The notes: generated from the sequence alone by a model not told the origin. 63,671 bases of DNA, filler included, from Octopus bimaculoides (GCF_001194135.2; 7 parts of 7 records of this genome joined end to end with filler, not necessarily neighbours in it), one strand, 5' to 3'; numbered from the whole stretch's first letter, positions 1 to 12,378 are shown. Program-made: numbers and translations.

Positions 1-80
1 TTATACGCATATATTGTTTATATAATAAATTACGCTGTGCATATCTATGTGTGTAACAATTTTAGAGTTCGGATTCTAGA

Positions 81-170
81 GTTAGGGTTAGTTTTAGGGT
101 TAGGGTTAGGGTTAACAGTCTAGTTAGGGTTAGGGTTAGGGTTAACAGTCTAGTTAGGGTTAGGGTTAGG
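81..170 (+). repeat. Interstitial telomere-type (TTAGGG)n repeats in a 30-bp periodic unit
   Basis: Runs of TTAGGG interrupted by AACAGTCTAG; unit GTTAACAGTCTAGTTAGGGTTAGGGTTAGG occurs at 111-140 and 141-170. Confidence 0.9.
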
Positions 171-2181
171 GGATTAATACGATATACACCGTTACAGCGC
201 TAACTGTTTTCAACTGAATAGACGTCAGTGATTAGTAGAAATTATCGAAATAAGACAATTTTTTACATGAAATAAATTCGAATACAAAAATTTTTTTCTG
301 TTCTATAACACAAAATAGATAAGTATACGAAGTTTGAAAGTCTTTCGGTACCAAAAACACTACATAAAACATAAATGAAAACTGGTGCCCCCGTTTTGAA
401 ATAGATCCAAGTATGTTATGAAAATAAATTGTCTTTTACATTTTTTAAATCACACTGTTCACCCTATTGAAATTGGTTAAACAAATGCATACACGGACAT
501 ATGCATACACACACGCTCATCCATACACACTCAAACACACACTCAGCATGAATGATATACATTTACAGAGAGTGAGAGATAGTATGGTAAATACATACAT
601 AGAGAAGGAGAAATTTTTTAAGTAGAAAAGAGAAAAATGAAAGAAATAGACAAATTGACAGATCTTTTCCGTTGCTGTCATAGATTTTGAAATTTTAAAG
701 TTAAGTCAAAATTTTCAAATTTGACATATTGTTGTAGATTTTCACACTGAACCTGATTTTGTGACCATATTTACCCAACCAGAAAACAGGATTTGGAAGC
801 TAAGCATTTTGTGCATGATAGCCGTGTGTCATAAAATGAAAATGAACATTACGAGTTGAAGTTTGAAACAAAATGAAAGCAATGTGTGAAAGGTAATATA
901 TCTATACAAAGAGAAAGTGATAAAGAGTCTGGTAAATATATATAGAGAGAGGGGAAGGTGTAGAAGAAAGAGTGTGTGGTGGTGATAGAGAGTAAGAGAG
1001 CTGTCAATCTAAAAGTTGAGTTCTCCTAGCAGATTATATTTTTTTGATCATTATTTATGGACACAGATTTCAAAAATCAAATTCATTTTTGTCAAGGACA
1101 CACTGTTTCAGAGCCATCTTGTGCTAAGCACACGTATATAACCACACGCACACTCTCATTTATATTGTAGATATATTATGCATCAAGATATATATGTACA
1201 TGTGTATATTTTATACAGTTATCCTTACAAACACACATACATAAATACACATATTTTATCAGAATTTTACATAAAATGATGGATAGTTTCACACATTGTT
1301 TTGCAACTTTTCATTTCTTTTTGTTTCAAATTTATTAAAGAAATTTGGTTATTTCTCACACACTCTCTGACAGCTGTGAATATTATTGTCCCTACCACCA
1401 TGACAGCTACCACTGTTCTGCATAAAAGATATGATTTCTGCTGCGCTTTTCAGAAACTTATCTTCAATGACTAACTATCTAAATAAATAATACATAAATA
1501 AACAAACATGATGATTATATCAAAAGAACAATAAACAAGTCAAACTTATCAACTGTCATGATGGAAGCAAACTGTTTCCCATTAGACTGATTGTGATAAG
1601 AACATCATCACAAAACTCATTTTCGCTATTTATAAGAATAGTTATTGTTTGTGTCAAAAAATACTCTAATTCTTTATCAATTTTATAACCATTACTCTCT
1701 TTTTGTTTCAACAAGCCAGTTATTATCATTAAAGAGTTTATCAAAATTATTTTTTTGATTGCTGTTGCCAAATCTAGATTAGCATCGCAAGCTTTCATTT
1801 CCATTCTATTTACTGTTTGATATTGATTTCTCACTATTTTTTTAAAGAGTTAATAGGATCAATCCTCAATATAACTGGTGCTTCATTTTATTGAATTTCT
1901 TCCTTTTAAATGAAGGATGTAAGCCAAGAGAGTGACTTGTGAGATAGACTTTTTAAAAAATTTCCTTTGTGCATAATATTTTGTAAACAAGAACATCCTT
2001 GGTTGCTGGTCTTCAATGGACTAATCCCCAATTCATTGTATTTACAATTTCAAGTGTGAAAATAAAATGTCTATGCTACTTGAGCAGAACAAATACATAC
2101 CACAACATATTTCTGACTGAAAGAAATGGTTTATTAGTATTCTCACCAATGTTTACATCTTTCACATATATACTTAGAAAG

Positions 2182-2226
<45 letters not shown>

Positions 2227-2425
2227 AACNNNNNNNNNNNNNNNNNNNNNNNNNNNNNNNNNNNNNNNNNNNNNNNNNNNNNNNNNNNNNNNNNNNNNNN
2301 NNNNNNNNNNNNNNNNNNNNNNNNNNNNNNNNNNNNNNNNNNNNNNNNNNNNNNNNNNNNNNNNNNNNNNNNNNNNNNNNNNNNNNNNNNNNNNNNNNNN
2401 NNNNNNNNNNNNNNNNNNNNNNNNN

Positions 2426-2461
<36 letters not shown>

Positions 2462-3810
2462 CACACACACACACACACGAATGTGTATACTATTTGTGAC
2501 AACACAAAAATTGAGTAATGTATTGCGTATCCACTTGAAATTTGTCTATAAAATAACTGTTGAGAGAAGGCAGTCAGATAGACAGGCAGAAGGCTACAAA
2601 ATACACAGGAGTTAGTAGTAGTTATTTTACCATCTTGAAATTTTGAAGACCACACTTAAGATAGGATATGATTTGATTTATTTATATATTTCTCTTGACA
2701 TATTATTCAATTTGCTTACTATTTTATTCATAACAACTTTTATCATTTTTATTGGCTACTACAGATAGACAGCTATGAATTTGCTGCTATAGCATTTGTG
2801 TATTTTCACTTTCGATATATTATGATTTATAAATTACTATCTACAACAATACAGAGATCACAAACTATTCATTGGCAGCAAACCACTCTTCTCCCACAAC
2901 CCCCAATTTCATAAGAACTTTCTGAATTTATATTTTTGGCTAATAAGCTATCCAGAGACACCATAGCAGAGTTTTCATTCTCAGATGACTTGCGTATGCT
3001 GTGCTTCTTCTCTCACTTTCTTGATTTACTCCTTGTCTTACACGTCACCCTCTTCTTCCATTACACACCTTCAGGTTTCAATAAAATTTATTGGGATAGA
3101 CTCACTTGCCGATTAAACTATGCAGTCAAACCAAAATAATGTTTTCATTCTCAGACTCCTTACATATACTGTGTACTCACCTCTTCTCTTTCATTCATGC
3201 CTTCACCTCCAATGCATGCTCCATTTCTTCTTTCCACTCATCCTTCTTTCCACTCATCCTTCTTTCCCTTTCATAATACACATCGTACTAAACTATGCAG
3301 GGGTGCTAGAATAACACTCTCATACTCAGTTGACATGTATCCCCCTTCTCCTCCATTCCGGGATCACCCTTATCTTCTTACGCATTCCTCTGTTATATAA
3401 CTACATCTGATATTCTGTCTCTTTCTTTGGGCTCCATTGTCTTTCCCATCACCCCATTCTTCTTGTCAGTTCCAGCTTATACTTACAGAAATCTATTATT
3501 GCAATAAAGGAAAACATGGACTCCACGAGACATAGTCATAAAGAGAAGTAATTCAGAATAAAAACTGAGACTGTATAGATAATTTATTCCTGACAGACAA
3601 CTTCTCCAATGCTGATAGCATGGTAAAATGCACTCAGTCTATGCTGTAAAGGTACTGATGAAAGGGAAAATATCTAGCTTGTAAAACAATACCAAACTCA
3701 TGATAAGCTCTAATGCAATGAAAATCTTTAATTGTGTATATCAATACTCACTATGCTAGTGCTGTGCACAATCACCAGGTGATTAAGTGGAAACATATGG
3801 CAAGAACCCT

Positions 3811-3880
3811 GGGCTGTTATGAAGCCATTGGCTGTTATCAAGACATTGGCTGTTATCAAGCCATTGGCTGTTATCAAGCC
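3811..3880. repeat. 18-bp tandem repeat, about 4 copies
   Basis: Unit CCATTGGCTGTTATCAAG repeated with single substitutions. Confidence 0.9.
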
Positions 3881-3954
3881 TGTCAAGTGTAGGAAACTCA
3901 TCTCATGTATTAACCCTTTCACCACAGGTTATCTTCTTCATATAGAGCAAAATA

Positions 3955-5680
3955 TTTCAGGGTTGCAATTATCAACACTGGTATAATGAAAGATTGATCT
4001 TGTGAGATTATAGAGGTGCTTGAACACCGGCAAGTAGATGTGTGCAGTGTGCAAGAGGTGAAATAGAATGAAGCCTCAGCTAATCCTCTTGCAAGCAACT
4101 CAAAATCTGCTGGGTAAGTAACGACGCTGGTTTAGATGAAGTAAGTATACCAGTGAGTGAAATAGATAAATAACCTAAATGAAATACCCAGAGTAATTAA
4201 ACTACTTGAAGGTTAATCAACAGTAACTGTTACCTCTACTTATGCAGTACCATTGAGAATGACCATTAAGTGAAAAGGACTGCTTTTATGAGGTGTTCTT
4301 ATAAATTTCTTTGATAACAAATAACAGCAACATCATTATCCTTAGAAGGATGTAAGGGAAAGTTGGCCTTGACAAGATTTAAAACCAAATGGTAAAGAGT
4401 CAGAACAAATATTTCAAGACTTTTTATCTGGCACTATAAAGGTTCTTCCTCCCTACCACCTCATTAGAGCAGTATAATCACCAACTACTACATTGGCAAA
4501 GGAAATGCTCTAGAAAGAAACTACTACAAAGATATCAAGCTGTTGGACCAAGCTATGAAAGTTTTAGCACAATTGATGAAGAAGAGAATCTGCTTACAAG
4601 AGATATAATTTGGATTTGTGTTTGGCCGGAGTGCTACAATGTTTCCTTCCTGGTGAGACAAGTGCAGAGAAGTTTTTAGTTTTAGCTAAGAGTAAGGTGA
4701 TTTACTGAGCTTTTGCTGATCTACAGAAGGCCTTTGAGAGAGTATCTTGATCTGTAGACCAGTGGTCATAAAAGAAAATTAGGCAACTGGCTTGTGAGTT
4801 TGAGTCATGTACAGAGATACTGTTAGCATTAAACTCAGTGAGGATTTAGTATGTAAGTAGGTATCTACCAAAGCTTGGTTTTCAGACCCTGCTATTTATC
4901 ATAGTTCTCCAAGCTATAAACAGAGGTGTTTAAGACCAGTTCGCTGTGAGAAGAGACTGGAGGATTTACAGAAAAATTTTTAGATGTGGAAGCTAAACTT
5001 AGAATTAAGATGCCTTGGTATAAACCTGACAATGAATTAAGTTTTAGTAAGTTGGAAAGAAGACATGTTTCTTCTACCATCATGCTCGTTATGTAAAAAA
5101 GGAGTAGATCTCAGTATGGTGTGCTCATTGTGATCCCTGGATGTACAGATAGTGCATTAGCATAAAGGGAAGGCTGCTGAAAATAAAGACTTTGTCTGGG
5201 GAAGATGTACAGAGTAAACCTTCAGAACACCAGCAAAGTAAATTCCCTGCAATGATCAGAAAGCTTTGTAGAAGTAGTTAATAGCATCCATTACCTAGGT
5301 GATGACTTATCTACTGTAAAGCAGGGCTTTCTGAAAACACAATAACCAGAATAAGAATAGGGTAGAATAAGAATAAGAATAGGGTAGAATAAGAATAAGA
5401 ATAGGGTAGACGAAGTTCTGGTGACTATTATCTCTAATGGCAAAAATGGATTTTCTCTTTCAGTGAAGAGCAGATTGTATGAGTTTTGTGTACAAACTAC
5501 AATGCTGCATGATAAGGAGGTGGACACTGGATACAAAGATTAGAAATACATGAAACAAGTATGTTGTGTTGGATGTGTAATATTAGTATGCATAAATGAT
5601 GAGCTGAAAGAAAATCTGTGTATAAGGGAAATCAGGTGTAGTGTGGAAGAGAGATGATTGTTGGTACAGAGATGTAATTC
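3955..5680 (+). mobile_element. Degenerate RTE-clade LINE (APE endonuclease start plus RT remnants)
   Basis: Frameshifted translation gives RVAIINTG..EIIEVLEHRQVDVCSVQEV (APE N-terminus), KGNALERNYYKDIKLLDQAMKV, AFADLQKAFERV, EVVNSIHYLGD, RIRIG and FSLSVKSRLYEFCVQTTMLH, all typical of RTE ORFs. Many stops and deletions. Confidence 0.85.
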
Positions 5681-5694
5681 GTATTTTGCCTGTC

Positions 5695-5880
5695 TTTATG
5701 GCATTTCATCCGTCTTTACGATTTAAGTTCAGATTCCACTGAGGTCGACTTTGCCTTTCATCCTTTCAGGATCAATAAATTCAGTACCAGTTAAGTACTA
5801 GGGTTAATGTAATTAGCCCCCCCACCACCACCACCACTATAAAAAATTTCAGGCCTTGTGCCTATAATAGAAAGCATTAT
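5695..5880 (+). mobile_element. SINE family B, degenerate copy
   Basis: Contains GAGGTCGACTTTGCCTTTCATCCTTTC..GATCAATAAA..GTACCAGTT and the AATTTCAGGCCTTGTGCCTA tail seen in other family B copies. Confidence 0.8.
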
Positions 5881-5894
5881 TATTATAATCATTA

Positions 5895-6105
5895 TTAAGC
5901 TGGCAGAATTGTTAGCATACCAGACAAAATGCTTAGCAGCATTTCTTCTAGGTTTATATTCTGAGTTCACATTGTGCTGACGTCAACTTTTCTATCCTTT
6001 CAAGGCCAACAAAATAAATGCCATTTGAGCCCTGTGGTTGTTGTAATCAGCTATACCCCTCCACCTGGTTTCGTATCTTGTGCCTGAAGTAGAAAGGATT
6101 ATTAT
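5895..6105 (+). mobile_element. SINE family B, degenerate copy
   Basis: Head AGCTGGCAGAATTGTTAGCA...CTGAGTTCA and tail CTTGTGCCTGAAGTAGAAAGG match the family. Confidence 0.7.
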
Positions 6106-6144
6106 TGCAATTTAAAGATGATGAGGAACATGTTCAAATGTTTA

Positions 6145-7044
6145 TGTGGTGGCATCAAAAAGTTCCCGGACTAGTTCTGTAATACATCAACAGGTGGTAG
6201 CAAATGGTTGCATGTGCAGTGAGAGATAACAGTGACCTGTGTGAGGCAGTGTGCTGAGTGACATTGCTGTGTTTACTTTGCAAGTTGTGAAATTTGTGTT
6301 TTTGAGATCACATGTATGTATGCAGTAGTCTGTGATTTTGTCATGGACAGGAACAAAGAGCCAACGTGAAATTTTGCATTAAACTCGGGAAGTCTGCTGC
6401 AGATACATTGAGCATGTTTCAACAAGTTTATGGCAAAGAGGCAATGGGGTTGTACACAATGTTTTGAGTGGCATGGGCACTTCAAAAGCAGAACATTCTT
6501 GGAAGATGGTGTGTGATCTAGAAGACTTGCGATGAACATCACCCCCAGAAATGTGGTATTATGCATTGAGAATTCATCCCCCAGGGCCAGACCATCAATC
6601 AAGTGTTCTACTGTGATGTTTTGAAACATTTCAAGAGGACATTTGGCAAAAGAGACTGGATCTGTGGAGCATGGAAAACTGGATTCTTCACTGAGCTCTC
6701 CTAACTTATGAGTTTCTTACCAAACACAACATGATATCACTTCCATCCCACCCTGTTCACCAAATTTACCATATGTAGACTTCTATCCCTTCCCCGAGGG
6801 GAAAATGCTGCTCAAAGGTTGTCAGTTTAACACCATTGTCATGATCCAGAGCGAATCGCAAAGGTTTCCTCAACTCACTTATGGAAAATGACTTCCAGGC
6901 TACATTCCAAAAGAGGTTGGAATGCTGGGATCAGTGTTCTGTTGCACAAAGTGACTATTTCAAAGCTGACGATGTTAAAACTTTGGTAAATAAGTTACTT
7001 TTTATTAAATGTAACTAGCCTGGGAATCTTTTGATACCACCTTG
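6145..7044 (+). mobile_element. Mariner-family DNA transposon, internally deleted
   Basis: TA on both sides. Imperfect TIRs TGTGGTGGCATCAAAAAGTTCCCGGACTAGTT and (reverse complement) CAAGGTGGTATCAAAAGATTCCCAGGCTAGTT. Transposase remnants RANVKFCIKLGKSAADTLSMFQQVYG, EFIPQGQTINQVFYCDVLK and a YSPDLAP-like PCSPNLP motif. Confidence 0.9.
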
Positions 7045-7127
7045 TATTCCATATAATTTGAATGAAGTTTATTTCCTGTTTTGTATCATTTACTTAACTC
7101 TACTTTTCTTCTTTCTAGTAGCAAACT

Positions 7128-7181
7128 CTTCTTCTTCTTCTTCTTCTTCTTCTTCTTCTTCTTCTTCTTCTTCTTCTTCTT
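7128..7181. repeat. (CTT)n microsatellite
   Basis: Direct inspection. Confidence 0.97.
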
Positions 7182-7698
7182 TAGAGATAATTTATGTCTT
7201 GTGTTAAGCATAAGATGAAAATTAAAATTGAATTTTCTAAACTGTATGTATTTAAAGGGTTCTTTCTATCATTTGCAAATGTGTTTTGATATTTATATCT
7301 TATCAGCGCAGCTTCTTGAAAATAATTTTAAAAACCACTGTTAATAACAATGATAAAGGCTACATTAATATTAAAATCTATGCAACTTTCCAAATTTACT
7401 GTAGCCTTCTGCTAGTGTTAGTAAAATTGATGTGAAATTGATTGCCTGAAAGAGAAATAGGGAAACAATAATAAAATTATCATGCAATTTAATTTGTAAA
7501 GAAATATTAAGGGAAGACTACATTTAAATTTTATTTCTTGTAAATATGCTTGTAACTTTCATATTTCTATGTGATGTACATCCCAATAGCCCTTTTGTTA
7601 GAGTAGTGTTTGCTAATAGTGTCTATTTGACATAAGGTTCCAAGATTAGAATGATACAACTAATTTATTTGTTTACTCAGTCTCAGCTAATACTCAGT

Positions 7699-8035
7699 TC
7701 ATCATCATCTTCATCATAACATCTCTTTTCTGTGCTGGCCTGGGTTGGATGGTTTGACTAGAGCTGGTAAGGCCAGGGGCTGCACCAGGCTCCATTATCT
7801 GTTCTGGCATGGTTTCTATGGCTGGATGCCCTTCCTAATGCTAACCATTCCATTGAGTGTACTGGGTGCTTTTAACAATGCACCAGCACTGGTATCGATT
7901 CTGCTGTGATGGACAGGTCTTCTTGAGTACAACAGTGCATCAGATATCTCAGTTCTTAGTCATCTTCATAAGGCTCAATGTCTTGAGATTGGCCTTCAGT
8001 ACTTCATCCAATACTTCATGTACAAATTTAACATC
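7699..8035 (-). mobile_element. 3' end of an RTE-like LINE: ORF C-terminus plus family D 3' sequence
   Basis: Minus strand reads ..DEVLKANLKTLSLMKMTKN (RTE C-terminus), then the TAGGAAGGGCATCCAGC core and a (GAT)n-like tail shared with 31592-31833 and 39735-39947. Confidence 0.7.
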
Positions 8036-9876
8036 CCATGAATATTTTGCAAATCAATTCCAGTCTTACTTCTCAAGTGAATCAAGTAAGTTTTAGGAAT
8101 CACTATCAGTTCATATTCATCTACTGCTACCTTAGAGTATCTTTATTCTCATACACATGGAAATATTGACTCCTACCTCCTCTTGCTGAAAATTTAAATA
8201 AACAATTTACAAAGCTCAATGGCACATTTATTCATGTTATGTGTGTAGATAAACTTGGTGTGACCCAAGTTAATTTTGATGTTTTTCATTTTTTTAACAA
8301 TGGGACTAGTGTTCTCTGGCAGTTGTGAGTATTGTATTTATGAAGTGGTTCTCATAATAATTCTATAATATACAAAACAGTGAAACCATTATAAATTTCT
8401 CATGGTTAAATACAGAAGTGTTATGCCTATGGAACAATATAACTTAAGAAATTAGATTTCTAACATTTGAAAACTTTCTAGGTTGTAAGATATAAATTTG
8501 ACGCTTATTTGTATTTACACCACATTAACTGGTTTACTACACTTGCAGTCTTGATTTAAAATTCCATGCAAATGTATTTGAAATGCATTGAGCACTTAAT
8601 TTTGCATTTCCTAGTAGGTTTGTAATATATATTGAGATCTGTATATAAACATATTTCAAAGTGGCTATTAACATATTTAATGTAGTAATTGAAGAAATTT
8701 CATTCTTTTATACCTTTCAGCTCTTAGGCTGTGGCCATGCTGGGGCACTACCAGTGGAATTAATTAAATTTAATTAAAGCTATACACTTAATGATGAAAA
8801 TAATCATAATCTAAATTACTAATTCTAGCCAAAAAGGCAGGGGAGACAACTCTAGAATGTAAATTAATTAAAATTAGATATAAAATACAGTAGATTGTGA
8901 ATCTGTAAGGTGTTTGTAAGATTGCCAATTACAGTTTTACACATGAGTTATATTATGTATTTGAGTATAACATTTACTTCTAGAAAAGCACTGTATACTT
9001 TGCTATTAAGAATAAGTGGCTATGAGAAGTGGCAATGTTGATGCCCTCTCTTCAGATTCTCAATACACAACTCACTTGTACAATGACGAGAGTACCTTAA
9101 ATTGAAGATAAGCTTCTGGCAAACTGATCCTACTAGACAGTTTCAATTCTTCATCCCACTTTACTTCTTAGGTACAGTTTCTAATAATTGTGAACTGTAT
9201 AAACAGAAATGAAGTTTCTACCTGTCAGACTTATATATGATGCTTTGTATAAAACTATGATACAACATTCAGTTATGATTCAATAGGTCATGGTATCTCT
9301 TCAATTTCATATATATCTGTATTATATTTTAACTGTAAGATTCGGACCTGCTTTACCTCTTTATCATTATGTTGTAGAGTTTATATGCAGATCGACCAGC
9401 GACTTATCCAGAGGGAGATTCATGTCTCATCTGCTTAATGTCCTGAAACCAGAGCTACATGCCAGTCTTTCAAAAACCCATCAAGGGGCCTAGGTGGCAT
9501 TTTAATATCTGCTGTAGAAACATGTCCATCACTTAAGCTATAAAATTGTGTTGGCAAGAGAATTATTCTAATGCATAATTTTGATGATAAGAATATAAGC
9601 TGATGTAAAACTGGGTAGATGTAGCAGCTGTAGTTGTGGTAGTGGTTCAGGCTGTTCATGTGGAGGGGTGGTGGTAGTATACAAATGCATAATTTGATCT
9701 TGAATATTGCTGCTAAAAGTGCTTCAGAGTAAAAGTTAACTGTTATTGAGTAACCTATTGGCCTATGCGAGATGTTGCTTCATTTGACTTGATTGTCTTG
9801 TAATTAATCAAATATCTACAATAAAAACTTTTACATATACACACACACATTTAACATTTATATATCTGTGTAGCTT

Positions 9877-9877
<1 letters not shown>

Positions 9878-9947
<70 letters not shown>
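9878..9947. repeat. (TC)n-(TA)n compound microsatellite running into a gap
   Basis: Direct inspection. Confidence 0.95.
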
Positions 9948-10047
9948 NNNNNNNNNNNNNNNNNNNNNNNNNNNNNNNNNNNNNNNNNNNNTTAATTAAT
10001 TAANNNNNNNNNNNNNNNNNNNNNNNNNNNNNNNNNNNNNNNNNNNN
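9948..10047. other. 100-bp scaffold gap with artificial TTAATTAATTAA linker
   Basis: 44 N + 12-bp linker + 44 N. The same pattern occurs at 28207-28306, 35792-35891, 39211-39310, 49525-49624 and 62338-62437. Confidence 0.97.
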
Positions 10048-10057
10048 GCTAAATATA

Positions 10058-10293
10058 CAGGGTGTTCACAAAGTCTCTCCGCAGTAAGTATTTAATGGTT
10101 TTCGGGCGATTCTTCTAAACTGGTCCTTTACTTGCTCCCCAGAAAAAAATGCCTGGCGGTGTTAAATCAGGTGATCTTGGTGGCCAAAGTCCCTTCGAAA
10201 TAATCCGTTCACCGATAAATTCTTGAAGTAACGCCATGATGATGCGCAGGATGGAAAAAAAATTCTCCGTGGAGAGACTTTTTGAACATCCTG
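10058..10293 (-). mobile_element. Short Tc1/mariner-superfamily deletion derivative (rosa/DD41D-like)
   Basis: TA flanks and 23-bp TIRs CAGGGTGTTCACAAAGTCTCTCC / CAGGATGTTCAAAAAGTCTCTCC. The interior (minus) translates LLQEFIGERIISKGLWPPRSPDLTPPGIFFWG. Confidence 0.88.
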
Positions 10294-10453
10294 TATAAGA
10301 CAGAATTGTAACGTTAGAAAACGTGCATCATTTCCAAAATGTGTCACACCCCAGCTGTCGGACGCAAGAATAGTTAACCTTTAGAGAAATCGATAGAGAA
10401 CTTTTAAAGCCGCTGAAGTACTAATTGCTTTCAAATAGAAGCGCGCGCGCCGC

Positions 10454-10904
10454 GGCAGGCGTGGCTCTGTGGTAAGAAGCTTGCTTCCTAACAACATGAT
10501 TATGGGTTCAGTCCCACTGCGTGACACCTTGGGCTAGTGTCTTCTAGCCTCGGGTTGACCAAAGCCTTGTAAGTAGAATGGTAGGCGAAAACTGAAAGAA
10601 TATATATATATATATATATATACAAGGTTTNNNNNNNNNNTATATATATATATATATGCATATATATGTGGGGGGTGCTTGTGTCCGTGTTTGTGTCAGG
10701 GTTTGTCCCCCCACCACCGTTGTTTGACAACCGGTGTTAGTGTTTTTATGTTCCCGTAACTTAGCAAGTCGGCAAACGTGTTCGATAGAATAAGTATTAG
10801 GCTTTAAAAAAGCACCGGGCTCTATTCGATCGACTAAAAATTCTTCCAGGCGTTGCCCCAGCATGGCCGCAGTCCAGTGACTGAAACAAGTAAAGGATGA
10901 AAGA
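10454..10904 (+). mobile_element. SINE family A, full length (tRNA-derived head, internal microsatellite, LINE-like tail)
   Basis: A-box GTGGCTCTGTGGTAAG, B-box GGGTTCAGTCCC, CORE-like CCTTGGGCTAGTG, central (TA)n/(TG)n and tail CCAGCATGGCCGCAG..CTGAAACAAGTAAA. Confidence 0.9.
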
Positions 10905-11016
10905 AATTATAAAAGATACACTCACAAACACACACACTCAAAAACACAAGCACACACATAACCACATACAAACCCACACACATACACAGTATCGTTTCCT
11001 TAATACGTTCAGTATT

Positions 11017-11642
11017 CTTTTCTACTCTAAGCACAAGACCCGAAATTTTGGGGGAGAGGGGCCAGTCGATTAGATTGACCTCATTACGCAACTGGTACTT
11101 AATTTATCGCACCCGAAAGGACGAAAGCAAAGTCAACCTCGGCAGAATTTGAACTCAGAGCATAAAGACAGACGAAATACCGCAAAGCATTTCGCCCGGC
11201 GTGCTAACGTTTCTTTTCTACTCTAGGCACAAGGCCCGAAATTTGGGGGAAGGGGACCAGTCGATTAGATCGACCCCAGTACGCAACTGGTACATAATTT
11301 ATCGACCCGGAAAGGATGAAAGCAAAGTCGGCCTCGGAGGAATTTGAACTCAGAACATAAAGACAGACGAAATACCGCTTAGCATTTCGCCCGTCGTGCT
11401 AACGTTTCTTATTTCTTTATTGCCCACAAAGGGTTAAACATAGAAAGGACAAACAAGGACAGACAAAGTGATTAAGTCGATTACATCGATCCCAGTGCGT
11501 AACTGGTACTTATTTAATCGACCCCGAAAGGATGAAAGGCTAAGTCGACCTCGGCGGAATTTGAACTCAGAACGTAACAGCAGACGAAATACCGCTAAGC
11601 ATTCCACCCGGTGTGCTAACGTTTCTGCCAGCTCACCGCCTT
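11017..11642 (-). mobile_element. SINE family B head-to-tail trimer with a 17-bp TSD
   Basis: Three ~200-bp units joined near 11211 and 11407. TTAATACGTTCAGTATT flanks the whole array at 11000-11016 and 11643-11659. Confidence 0.92.
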
Positions 11643-12097
11643 TTAATACGTTCAGTATTAAAGCATTTAGAGAATGTCAGGTTAATTAGCGTGCAAAATA
11701 TTCAAACTTACTTCTAGATATCAAGGAAAACGAACTAAATAAACCGGCAATACATTTTTTAGAAGCTAAAAGTAACACGTTATTGACATTTAGTAAATAT
11801 CTTAATTACTGCAGTGGCCGTATGAATCCAGTCATATTTCTCTACACGCATCTTTCCTTGGGTGTGTGCTTGCATGTGTTATGAGTGTGTAGTATGTGAG
11901 CGTCTGTGTGTATTATGTACGCGCTTAAACGCAGTGAAACGCATACAAACATACAAATGCAAGACTGCATTTGGAAATGCGCAGTATATTCACAAGGCCT
12001 CTTCTATTATTGAAGCATTTTAATAAATGTCACAGACGTGTTAGGTCCAGCTTGTACAAAACATTTGCGGAATCTTTGTTATTCATAACAAAATCGG

Positions 12098-12156
12098 ATG
12101 TATGTATGTATGTATGTATGTATGTATGTATGTATGTATATGTGTGTATGTGTGTA

Positions 12157-12210
<54 letters not shown>

Positions 12211-12323
12211 TACACATACATACATCCGGAAAACTCTTGAAAAGATGCGCTCACAAACACAAACATACACAAACACGCACATAAACACATACAATCCCCC
12301 ACACAAACACAAGTATGTATGTA

Positions 12324-12378
<55 letters not shown>

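Noticed and set aside
81-170. True telomere or chromosome end
   Set aside because: Only a few interrupted hexamers, with ordinary sequence on both sides.
1556-1834. 92-aa minus-strand ORF with plausible composition
   Set aside because: No recognisable domain, in-frame stops directly upstream and no convincing splice sites; chance ORF or unidentifiable relic.
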